A DNA stretch of 33,869 bases. Origin: a virus (lineage: Duplodnaviria; Caudoviricetes). A program made the position numbers and the translations under genes. The stretch spans positions 1 to 33,869 of the IMG/VR virus record IMGVR_UViG_3300025018_000361. One strand, given 5' to 3'. Every line of letters starts with the position of its first letter. Positions within the stretch are counted from its first letter, which is position 1. Shown here piece by piece: positions 1 to 7,249 of the stretch. The notes under the pieces are model-generated. The model was given only the letters and a program-made list of their open reading frames with translations, searched no databases and was not told the DNA's origin.

Positions 1-390
1 GTTCAAAAAGCACCTGTCCAAGAAATTTCAGCAGTTGAGTTCGTCGAGATTGACCATATTGTTGACTTGGCCAATATGGTTCGTGCTGAACATGGTTGTG
101 AAACACCACTGGTGGTCAATGTTGATCTTCAGGAAGCATCAAAAGAGCGTGTTTTGTGGGTATCAGATGGCAATTGGTCCCATGATGGTGTTTGGGAAAC
201 AGTCAAAAAACACTATGACTACAAAGTGGCCGGTGAAAACTTGGCCCGTGACTTTGACAGCGATGAAGCCATGATTGAAGCGTGGATGGAATCACCACTT
301 CACAGAAAAAACTTGTTGAACTGCAATTTCACAGAAACGGGTGTTTCACGTAACGGTGATTATGTGGTCCACTTATTCGGTAAAAAATAA
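1..390 (+). CDS. CAP (SCP/PR-1) domain protein, 5'-truncated by the window edge
   Basis: Frame +1 is open from base 1 (VQKAPVQE...); CAP motifs N.VR..HG, SH, GENLA, AWMESPLHRKNLLN..FTETGV. Confidence 0.85.
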   Translation, partial: VQKAPVQEISAVEFVEIDHIVDLANMVRAEHGCETPLVVNVDLQEASKERVLWVSDGNWSHDGVWETVKKHYDYKVAGENLARDFDSDEAMIEAWMESPLHRKNLLNCNFTETGVSRNGDYVVHLFGKK

Positions 391-403
391 AATGAAAGGA
401 TAT

Positions 404-781
404 ATGTCAAAAAATGGAAAATGGTGTACATCAGCAAACGGCGAAACGTTCGATGGTGATTTTTTTGAAACAAAAGCTGAAGCAATTCATGACTTCATTG
501 AAAAAAAGAAGCAAGGCAGTGAAGAACATCAAGTCAAAGTTTTTTGGGTTGGTCAGGCATCGAAATTCATAGCTTCACAGTTCATCAATGCCGATCGAAT
601 TATCGATGATGCACAAGATTGTGCCGTTTGTGAAGCAGGTGAATATGCTGATGATTGGTTGAGTTTCATTAGCAAAGAAGAAATGAAAGAACTTGATGAT
701 CTTTTGGAAAAATGGGTCAAGAAAAACAAGTTGGAGCCAAATTTTTACCAAATAAGAAATTCTGAAAGGATTGAATTGTGA
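404..781 (+). CDS. Hypothetical phage protein (acidic)
   Basis: ATG 404 preceded by TGAAAGGA RBS; stop overlaps next gene (GTGA). Confidence 0.7.
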   Translation: MSKNGKWCTSANGETFDGDFFETKAEAIHDFIEKKKQGSEEHQVKVFWVGQASKFIASQFINADRIIDDAQDCAVCEAGEYADDWLSFISKEEMKELDDLLEKWVKKNKLEPNFYQIRNSERIEL

Positions 782-1188
782 AAAAAGCACCACAACCAAA
801 ACACTACAACGCCAAGGTCAAGGAATCGTCGATCAATCTTTCAGCTGAAGATGCAGTTGAAAAAGTTTGGAACGAATTTTGGATTCCACTTTTTGAAGGC
901 AAAGAACCAAGCATGGAAGAAGTGAAAAACGAACTTGGTGGGTATTACTTCCTGATGACAAACGCTTCAGTGGTTTACGAAGAAGTGACTGGTGGAAAGT
1001 ATTCAAACGTCAATTACACCGCACCGGCACTGTTGAAAGCCTACGCAGAGCACGTTTCGAACATGGCCAAAGAAATGAAGCAGATCATGTTTGATGATTT
1101 GAAATTGATGGCTGATGAAGGCAAAGTTTCAATTGATGAAATTGCCAAGTATTTGGAAGTTGACAACATAACGAAAGATGGTGAATAA
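778..1188 (+). CDS. Hypothetical phage protein
   Basis: 136-aa ORF coupled at both ends (GTGA, TAATG overlaps). Confidence 0.7.
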   Translation: MKKAPQPKHYNAKVKESSINLSAEDAVEKVWNEFWIPLFEGKEPSMEEVKNELGGYYFLMTNASVVYEEVTGGKYSNVNYTAPALLKAYAEHVSNMAKEMKQIMFDDLKLMADEGKVSIDEIAKYLEVDNITKDGE

Positions 1189-1493
1189 TGGTGAAAGATA
1201 TGGCAGAAAATACAAAACAACACGGTGAAATTTTGTTGAAAATGGCAGGTGGAATTGCAACCTTGGAATTTTACAAGGACAGGGGCCACATTGTTGCTTT
1301 CAGGGCAAAAGGAAGCATTGTTTTCTTTGAATGGGACTATTTCGTGAAGATGTTTGATGATTTCAAACTGATCGTGAAAGCAAGAACCAGTGACAGTGTT
1401 ATCAAGTGCCCATATTGCAATTATGTAAGTGAATCAAGACATGGACTAAAAACCCACATCGGAATGGTTCACAAACCAGAAAAGAAAGGTTGA
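1188..1493 (+). CDS. Protein with C-terminal C2H2-type zinc finger
   Basis: CPYC-x12-HIGMVH motif. Confidence 0.75.
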   Translation: MVKDMAENTKQHGEILLKMAGGIATLEFYKDRGHIVAFRAKGSIVFFEWDYFVKMFDDFKLIVKARTSDSVIKCPYCNYVSESRHGLKTHIGMVHKPEKKG

Positions 1494-1494
1494 A

Positions 1495-1671
1495 ATGTAT
1501 ATCAAAGAATTTGCTGAAAAACTAGGCGTTCATCCCGATACTGTCAAAAATTGGCAGAAACGTGGAATTGTGCCAGATCGTCGTGACAAAGTGAACAACT
1601 ATCGTGTTTTCACGACACAAGATTTGGCAAAGGTTCAAAACCTTCGTGAAGGAAGCCATGAATCAAAATAG
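1495..1671 (+). CDS. Small MerR-type/excisionase-like HTH DNA-binding protein (58 aa, not in ORF track)
   Basis: MYIKEFAEKLGVHPDTVKNWQKRGIVPDRRDKVNNYRVFTTQDL; GAAAGG RBS upstream. Confidence 0.85.
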   Translation: MYIKEFAEKLGVHPDTVKNWQKRGIVPDRRDKVNNYRVFTTQDLAKVQNLREGSHESK

Positions 1672-2167
1672 ACCACTAATTCTGGCCGTATATATTTTGA
1701 TCTTGGGAATCGTGTTGTTTTTTGCATACGGTCAAGAGAAAAAAGAGGACCTAGTGTCCCCAATTCCGGCTGAAACTGAAGTGATTGAGCGAGAAGTCCC
1801 CATCATTGAGGAAATCGAACCATCACCAACACCAGAGCTAGAAAAAAGCACCTTCTTGCCACGTGCATTTGAAGGAAAAGTCAGCCATTATAGTGTGGCC
1901 GGATGCCTCGGTTGTTCACCAACCCTGACAATGGCTAACGGCGAAACACTTTCAGACGATCGACCAACGATCGCATTCAATCACCTGCCCATGAATACCA
2001 AAGTGAAGATCACAAATCTTGACAATGGGAAATCAGTCATTGCCACGGTAACTGATACCGGTGGCTTTGAAAAATACAACCGGATTGCGGACCTGACACC
2101 GGCAGTATATGGGGCAATAAATACAAAAACCGATGTTTCGACCGTCCGCATCGAAGTCATCGAATAA
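1658..2167 (+). CDS. Membrane-anchored RlpA-like double-psi beta-barrel (putative lytic transglycosylase) protein
   Basis: N-terminal TM helix, Pro/Glu-rich linker, S.Y...MANGE...TIA..LP..TKVKITNLDNGKSV...VTD.G...RIADLT; ATG 1658 preferred over 1604. Confidence 0.8.
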   Translation: MNQNRPLILAVYILILGIVLFFAYGQEKKEDLVSPIPAETEVIEREVPIIEEIEPSPTPELEKSTFLPRAFEGKVSHYSVAGCLGCSPTLTMANGETLSDDRPTIAFNHLPMNTKVKITNLDNGKSVIATVTDTGGFEKYNRIADLTPAVYGAINTKTDVSTVRIEVIE

Positions 2168-2182
2168 TGAAAGGATGGAGCC

Positions 2183-2830
2183 ATGTCAATCAAGGCACTA
2201 TATTTTGATGTAGAAACTACCGGACGAAGTGCGTACAAAAACGATATCGTTCAGCTTTCAGGAATGGTCGAAATTGATGGTGAGGTGAAAGAAACCTTCA
2301 ATCTATTGGCCAGACCAGTGAATGTCGATGATATTGAACAAGAAGCCCTCGACGTTATTGGTAAAACCAAAGAACAGATCATGGCATACCCAGATCGTTC
2401 AGAGATGAAGAAACAATTCCAAGACATTTTGGGCCGTTATGTGAACAAGTTCGACAAGGCCGACAAGTTCATTCCAGTTGGTTACAACGTACGTTTTGAC
2501 CTTGATTTCATTCACAGCTTTTTCAAAAAACAAAAAGACATGTATCTTGGATCATTCATTTCTTGGTATTACGTCGACGTGATGGCACTGGCAAACCTGA
2601 AGGCATTTGAAGGTGCTTTCAAGCTAGAGAATCACAAATTGGGCACTCTATGTGACCATTTTGGCATTCAAATCCAAGCACACGACGCATTGTCAGACAT
2701 TATTGCCACACGTGATCTTTTGGGGTCACTGACTGGCCGAAAACTCAACCCGATCACTAAAGAGCCAACAAAACAAGCCACTCAACAGGCACTTTCGAGT
2801 GATGACATCTCAAACGACATTCCCTTCTAG
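2183..2830 (+). CDS. DEDDh 3'-5' exonuclease (DnaQ/Pol III epsilon-like) with SSB-like acidic C-terminal tip
   Basis: ExoI FDVETTG, ExoII GYNVRFD, ExoIII HDALSD; ends DDISNDIPF. Confidence 0.9.
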   Translation: MSIKALYFDVETTGRSAYKNDIVQLSGMVEIDGEVKETFNLLARPVNVDDIEQEALDVIGKTKEQIMAYPDRSEMKKQFQDILGRYVNKFDKADKFIPVGYNVRFDLDFIHSFFKKQKDMYLGSFISWYYVDVMALANLKAFEGAFKLENHKLGTLCDHFGIQIQAHDALSDIIATRDLLGSLTGRKLNPITKEPTKQATQQALSSDDISNDIPF

Positions 2831-2842
2831 GGGGTGTCTTTT
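2816..2842 (+). terminator. Intrinsic terminator overlapping the exonuclease stop codon
   Basis: GACATTCCC...GGGGGTGTC stem (with G-U pairs) followed by TTTT. Confidence 0.6.
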
Positions 2843-2858
2843 GGGTGTGAATCCACTA

Positions 2859-2888
2859 TTGACAACATAGGGCAACCTATGGAATGAT
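2859..2888 (+). promoter_or_regulatory. Sigma-70-type promoter with palindromic spacer (copy 1)
   Basis: TTGACA-18-AATGAT with TGn extension; spacer contains CATAGG-gcaa-CCTATG; near-identical copy at 33788. Confidence 0.7.
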
Positions 2889-2921
2889 ATGGAAACAATA
2901 AACAAAATGAAAGAATAAAAA

Positions 2922-3146
2922 ATGCAACTTATATTCAAATTTTTCAAATGGTGGCGTAACTACTACGCACTAAAATGCCCAAAATGTGGTTCAACTGACA
3001 TCAATGATGTGAAAGAATCGTTTGGGAATGCTTTCAAGCGTAATTTCTTGACATTCATGTTCTTAATACGTATCTTGTGGACCAAAAAACCACCCACACT
3101 ACACGTTTGTAAAAATTGTGGTTTTTGTTGGGAAGATAGGAAGTAA
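2922..3146 (+). CDS. Small zinc-ribbon protein
   Basis: CPKC...CKNC pairs flanking a hydrophobic segment; TGAAAGAA RBS. Confidence 0.7.
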   Translation: MQLIFKFFKWWRNYYALKCPKCGSTDINDVKESFGNAFKRNFLTFMFLIRILWTKKPPTLHVCKNCGFCWEDRK

Positions 3147-3147
3147 T

Positions 3148-3492
3148 ATGGAAAAAATCAAATTCGCAAAAAGTTATCAAAAAATGCCAAGATTCATTTC
3201 AAGCACAAGACTGTTGGCAATGGTCGAAGCAACAAGTGAAAATGTTTCAGAACAGTTTTTGGATTATGACACCGAATACTTTGAATATGTGCAGACACCA
3301 AACGGTGAAGTTATGGTCAAAGGATTTCACGACCTGCCAGAATACCCATTTTTGGTGCTGATACTCATTTCAGAAACACACATGGGACCAGAAGTTTGGA
3401 CCACGATTCGATCAAAAACAGAAGAAAACATTCAGAAGTACAGCAGTGTGCTTGGTGAAGAAGTTGAAATTGTGATCGAAAATCAATTGTAA
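3148..3492 (+). CDS. Hypothetical phage protein
   Basis: ATG 3148 immediately after the upstream stop; fills the gap. Confidence 0.65.
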   Translation: MEKIKFAKSYQKMPRFISSTRLLAMVEATSENVSEQFLDYDTEYFEYVQTPNGEVMVKGFHDLPEYPFLVLILISETHMGPEVWTTIRSKTEENIQKYSSVLGEEVEIVIENQL

Positions 3493-3527
3493 TCGGTTGA
3501 ATAATAAAAAAATGAAAGGATAAAAAC

Positions 3528-4100
3528 ATGAAAAAAATATCAATAAATAGCAAAAAGGGTTCTGAAATAATTGAAAGATCTTCAAAAACTGGTGAAATTG
3601 GCGTTCTACCTTCAAGGTTCGCTGTATACCAGACGAAGCACCAATCAGTCATAACAAATATGCACCTTGTAAAAGATGCAAAACAATTCGTAGTAGACTA
3701 TCGAAACGAAGGGGTCATTTGCCCATGTTGCGAACAATTCGTCAAGGTATATTATCGGGGTATTCATTCGCTTATGGCCATGAACCTGATGCAGTTATAC
3801 AAGATCACGAAAGCTGAAGGCGATGGATACTACCATGTGAATGATTTTGCAAAACCATTTGGTGGCGGTGACTTCGCAAAGTTGCGATTTTGGGGTTTGA
3901 TCGAGCAGGAAACAGATGAAATTGATCCAACCAAACGAACCAGTGGCAAGTGGCGTATAACAGAAAAAGGGAAGCTATTTTGTCAAAATGAATACTCGGT
4001 GCCAAAAAAGATCATTTTCTTGAATGGGAAACCAGTTGATCAGCTTTCAGAGTACACAACAATAGTCGAGTGTCTAGGCAAAAAATTTGACTATCAATAA
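3528..4100 (+). CDS. Hypothetical protein with CPCC motif and winged-helix-like C-terminus
   Basis: TGAAAGGA RBS; CPCCEQ...KLRFWGLI...GKWRITEKG pattern; possibly truncated at 4098. Confidence 0.7.
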   Translation: MKKISINSKKGSEIIERSSKTGEIGVLPSRFAVYQTKHQSVITNMHLVKDAKQFVVDYRNEGVICPCCEQFVKVYYRGIHSLMAMNLMQLYKITKAEGDGYYHVNDFAKPFGGGDFAKLRFWGLIEQETDEIDPTKRTSGKWRITEKGKLFCQNEYSVPKKIIFLNGKPVDQLSEYTTIVECLGKKFDYQ

Positions 4101-4163
4101 ATGATGAATGCGAGATATAGCACTGTTATTGACGATCAGGTTCAGATATTATGAGGGCACAAT

Positions 4164-4289
4164 ATGAGAAACAGGCTTGAAGCAATTTTGACAGCAATTG
4201 CGGTTCTCTTGACCGTATATGTTGTGATGAAAGTTTTGAATTTTGCCGGATTGATTGAACCAATAATTCAAGGCATAATGGGTTCATGA
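4164..4289 (+). CDS. Small single-TM membrane protein (41 aa, not in ORF track)
   Basis: MRNRLEAILTAIAVLLTVYVVMKVLNFAGLIEPIIQGIMGS; GAGGG RBS; ATGA overlap with GT2 gene. Confidence 0.6.
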   Translation: MRNRLEAILTAIAVLLTVYVVMKVLNFAGLIEPIIQGIMGS

Positions 4290-5020
4290 CAAATGAAAAA
4301 ATGAATATAGCTTTGGGGATTATTGTCAGGAATCAGCGTGAGTTCCTAGAAAAGACACTTCCCACATACTCATTCAGCTTTGAACACCGTTTTGCAGTTG
4401 ATTTTTTCAGTGACGATTATACCCGTGAAATTCTTGATCAGTTTGGCTTTGTTGTTCACCGACAAGAATGGCCCAACAATTTTGCCACGGCCAGAAACAT
4501 ACTCATTCAATGTGCAGAGGAAGCCGGAATGGATTATCTGATCATGCTTGATGCTGATGAAGCACTTGATAGGAATCAGGTCATCAAACTTCAGCAATAT
4601 GCACATGATTTTGATGCGATCGTCATGCCACGCATAGAATTTGTTCAAGACACCGACCACTTCGACGATCATTTGTTCCCAGATTTCCAACTTCGTGCTT
4701 TCAGACTCAACAAGGGGTATCACTACAAAAACAAAATCCATGAAATGCTTCACGACAAGTCGGGCGTTGCATTGATGGGTGTTCGTGGTGGCAGAACCAA
4801 TAAACACCGCATTTTGACGCTCCCTGATGTTTTCCTGTATCACTACGGCCGAACAGCAGACAAAGCCCAATTGGTACTCAAATACATCAATTATGATCGC
4901 CAAATAAAAGGTGAATCAAAATTGGAAAAACTTCCCGATGGATATAATTTGGACGATGCACAACTTTGGCAAAATATGACCGAATTTTATGGTCCACATC
5001 CATTGAAGGGATTGAAATGA
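4286..5020 (+). CDS. Glycosyltransferase family 2 (GT-A fold)
   Basis: IIVRN, VD..S.D.T, NFATARN, MLDADE (DxD), IHE, LYHYG motifs. Confidence 0.9.
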   Translation: MTNEKMNIALGIIVRNQREFLEKTLPTYSFSFEHRFAVDFFSDDYTREILDQFGFVVHRQEWPNNFATARNILIQCAEEAGMDYLIMLDADEALDRNQVIKLQQYAHDFDAIVMPRIEFVQDTDHFDDHLFPDFQLRAFRLNKGYHYKNKIHEMLHDKSGVALMGVRGGRTNKHRILTLPDVFLYHYGRTADKAQLVLKYINYDRQIKGESKLEKLPDGYNLDDAQLWQNMTEFYGPHPLKGLK

Positions 5021-5622
5021 CACAAAACTTGCAATTCACACAAGATTGGTTCAGCAATAATGTTGAAAACTGGTCCAGAATACTGAAGCCACTTGAGGGC
5101 GAAGCGTTGAATGCCCTTGAAATCGGTTGTTTTGAAGGACGTGCGACCAAATGGCTATTGCAAAACATATTGACGCATGAAGATTCCAAAATAACGGTCA
5201 TTGATACGTTTGAAGGTAGCATCGAACACCGTGATGGAAGTGCCAATCATGATTTTTCAAACACTGAAGCAATTTTTGATTTCAATGTGTACATGCCATT
5301 TCGTTACAAGGTCCACAAAATCAAAGATACGTCATTCAATGCACTGACAGCGTTCAACACCTCTTTTGAAGCTGAAAAGTTTGATTTGGCATATATTGAT
5401 GGTTCACACATGGCAAAAGATGTGATGTCCGATGCTTTGTTGGTTTGGCCACTTGTCAGACAGGGTGGAATCATCATTTTTGACGATTATGCGTGGGATG
5501 CGTACCAAGAACCACGAAAGAACCCAAGACCGGCAATTGACGCATTTTTAGACTTCTTTCAAGATGAAATTGAAGTTTTGTTGAAAGAATACCAAGTCAT
5601 TGTTCGCAAGGTAGTTGAATAA
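5017..5622 (+). CDS. Class I SAM-dependent methyltransferase (Methyltransf_24-like; sugar/small-molecule type)
   Basis: LEIGCFEG, VIDTF, FDLAYIDGSH, GGIIIFDDY motifs; ATGA overlap at 5017. Confidence 0.9.
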   Translation: MTQNLQFTQDWFSNNVENWSRILKPLEGEALNALEIGCFEGRATKWLLQNILTHEDSKITVIDTFEGSIEHRDGSANHDFSNTEAIFDFNVYMPFRYKVHKIKDTSFNALTAFNTSFEAEKFDLAYIDGSHMAKDVMSDALLVWPLVRQGGIIIFDDYAWDAYQEPRKNPRPAIDAFLDFFQDEIEVLLKEYQVIVRKVVE

Positions 5623-5644
5623 TTCCCCACTTTCGATGTATGAT
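5615..5644 (+). promoter_or_regulatory. Promoter for the putative structured RNA
   Basis: TTGAAT(5615)-18-TATGAT(5639); predicted start ~5650 coincides with the 5' end of the closing stem. Confidence 0.6.
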
Positions 5645-5648
5645 TGAG

Positions 5649-5848
5649 TTGCACACAAGGACTTCGGACTGTGAGCCGAGGCGGATTGTAGGAATTTTGG
5701 GCAAGTTGTGAATTAGCAATAATTTATGACCCAACCGAAACATTGATCGAAAGCAACGCAATCCAACGGGGTCAAATGGCTAACGACCGTTTGAAATCTT
5801 GGCAGTACACCAAGGGACCTTCCGTCTAACCGGATCACTTGTGTGCAA
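5649..5848 (+). ncRNA. Putative ~200-nt multi-branched structured non-coding RNA, family unrecognised
   Basis: Perfect 11-bp closing stem TTGCACACAAG/CTTGTGTGCAA; at least 7 nested helices with GCAA, GAAA and UAAC loops; U-tract at 5853-5857; no credible ORF. Confidence 0.75.
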
Positions 5849-5902
5849 ACACTTTTTCACCCACTTTCCCAAGGACAAAAAACACGTTATAGTGGTATCA
5901 CT

Positions 5903-6151
5903 ATGCAAAATGAATCCAATGAATACCGAACAAAAGATCTGTATGTTTCATCATTCCTGTTCATGCAACAGCAAACATTGATTGAAATTGATCAAATCGC
6001 CCCAAAACGTTACGAGTTTGTTTTCTCAATGTCACCCAACTTGCTTTCGCTTGTTGAAGATTTCTATGCCAAACGTGCTTTGGTAGAACCCATGGAATTT
6101 GCCATGTCAATGAAGCGGTTGAAAAGTAAGATGTACAACAATGAGAAATGA
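5903..6151 (+). CDS. Small phage protein resembling DUF5659
   Basis: YRTKDLY.SSFL...YEFVF...LVEDFY....LVEP..F...MKRLKSKMY pattern; ATG 5903. Confidence 0.65.
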   Translation: MQNESNEYRTKDLYVSSFLFMQQQTLIEIDQIAPKRYEFVFSMSPNLLSLVEDFYAKRALVEPMEFAMSMKRLKSKMYNNEK

Positions 6152-6552
6152 ACACCATGCAACTACCACCACGATCTGTCCAATTCACATTTGAAGGCCG
6201 TGTCGCCTCAAAGAAAAATTCAAAACGCATTTTAAGCAACCGGTACACCGGACAGACTTTCATCGGATCATCAAAAGCATTCATCAATTTTGAATCAGAC
6301 TTGCTTCCAAGCCTTCAGGCCATTGCGTCAAAGGGTAAGAAGCTGAAACCACCATACGTTGCCAGTTATCAGTTCAAAATGAAGGGCAGAGGGGCCACTG
6401 ATCTTGACAATATGATCGCATCTATCAATGATATTATGCAGAAGGCTGAAATCATCGAAGATGACAAACACATCCAAAGGTTCATTGAACCCACCGAAAA
6501 GGTATTGGGTTGCAAAGAGTACGAAGCAACGATCACTGTTTGGGGGTATTAA
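6148..6552 (+). CDS. rusA: RusA-family Holliday junction resolvase
   Basis: G...SKKNS, DLDN...I.D.MQ...IIEDD..I motifs; sits upstream of the terminase genes. Confidence 0.85.
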   Translation: MNTMQLPPRSVQFTFEGRVASKKNSKRILSNRYTGQTFIGSSKAFINFESDLLPSLQAIASKGKKLKPPYVASYQFKMKGRGATDLDNMIASINDIMQKAEIIEDDKHIQRFIEPTEKVLGCKEYEATITVWGY

Positions 6553-6594
6553 ATTGCACCCATTCAGCAAGTAAAATACGCAAAATACGAATGT

Positions 6595-6617
6595 GGCAGT
6601 GTTTTTCTCACACTGCT
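6595..6617 (+). promoter_or_regulatory. Hairpin in the leader of the packaging operon
   Basis: GGCAGTGT-ttttctc-ACACTGCT; preceded by tandem AAAATACG x2. Confidence 0.35.
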
Positions 6618-6637
6618 AACTGCAAATAGGAAATACT

Positions 6638-7249
6638 ATGAGTAACAAAAAACGAAAGAAACCCGTACCAATTCCACAAAAGTTTGATATAAAATCAGCG
6701 TTTATTTATTATTGCACTCCACACCCAAATGGAAGCCTAAAAAAATACTCAGATGTATCAAAAAAGTTTGATGTACACATCAGAACAGTTGAAAAGTGGG
6801 GGAAAAGGAACGGTTGGGTTGAGAAACGGTTGCAGTATGGTGAAAAGCAGGTTGAAGCATTTTTCAGACAGCGTGAAAAAATTGCCAAATCAACAGATCA
6901 GAAGCAATTCAGGAATTTGGATATGTTGGAACACGGCATCATGAACGCAATTCAGATGTTATTGGAAACCCAACATGAAGTCATTGAGGATGAAACGCTA
7001 GAGATAGAACAGAAAATCAAACTGATGAAAAACTTGAAAATGCAATCACTTGATCTTAGAAACTTGGCCGATTCGCTCAAGACTGCCCAAAATCAGAAAC
7101 GCATCATTTTGGGTATGCCGACCGAGATCAGCAAAGCAGACATCAAAAATCTGAATGTTGAAGCTCCCTTGTCGAAAGAGGAAATCGCCGAGATGGATGA
7201 TTTCGTGAGGAAGAACAACAACAATGATCGAGATTCAGAAGCTAATTGA
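6638..7249 (+). CDS. terS: Terminase small subunit (probable)
   Basis: N-terminal HTH (DVSKKFDVHIRTVEKWGKRNGW), helical body, LGMPT motif, directly upstream of TerL. Confidence 0.75.
   Translation: MSNKKRKKPVPIPQKFDIKSAFIYYCTPHPNGSLKKYSDVSKKFDVHIRTVEKWGKRNGWVEKRLQYGEKQVEAFFRQREKIAKSTDQKQFRNLDMLEHGIMNAIQMLLETQHEVIEDETLEIEQKIKLMKNLKMQSLDLRNLADSLKTAQNQKRIILGMPTEISKADIKNLNVEAPLSKEEIAEMDDFVRKNNNNDRDSEAN

Noticed and set aside
1495-1671. Evidence of a lysogeny module (excisionase)
   Set aside because: No tyrosine or serine integrase and no att-like context in the window; kept only as an HTH protein.
5017-5622. DNA methyltransferase
   Set aside because: Lacks DPPY/NPPY or PC catalytic motifs; the motifs match sugar/small-molecule class I methyltransferases.
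5649-5848. tRNA, tmRNA, RNase P, SRP RNA or group II intron as the identity of the structured RNA
   Set aside because: No TTCRA T-arm/CCA cloverleaf, no GAGGAAAGTCC, no SRP helix-8 motif and no domain V hairpin recognised.
5799-5981. 60-aa ORF and the GTG-5843 extension overlapping the RNA
   Set aside because: No RBS and no protein-like features; ATG 5903 is the better start for the downstream gene.
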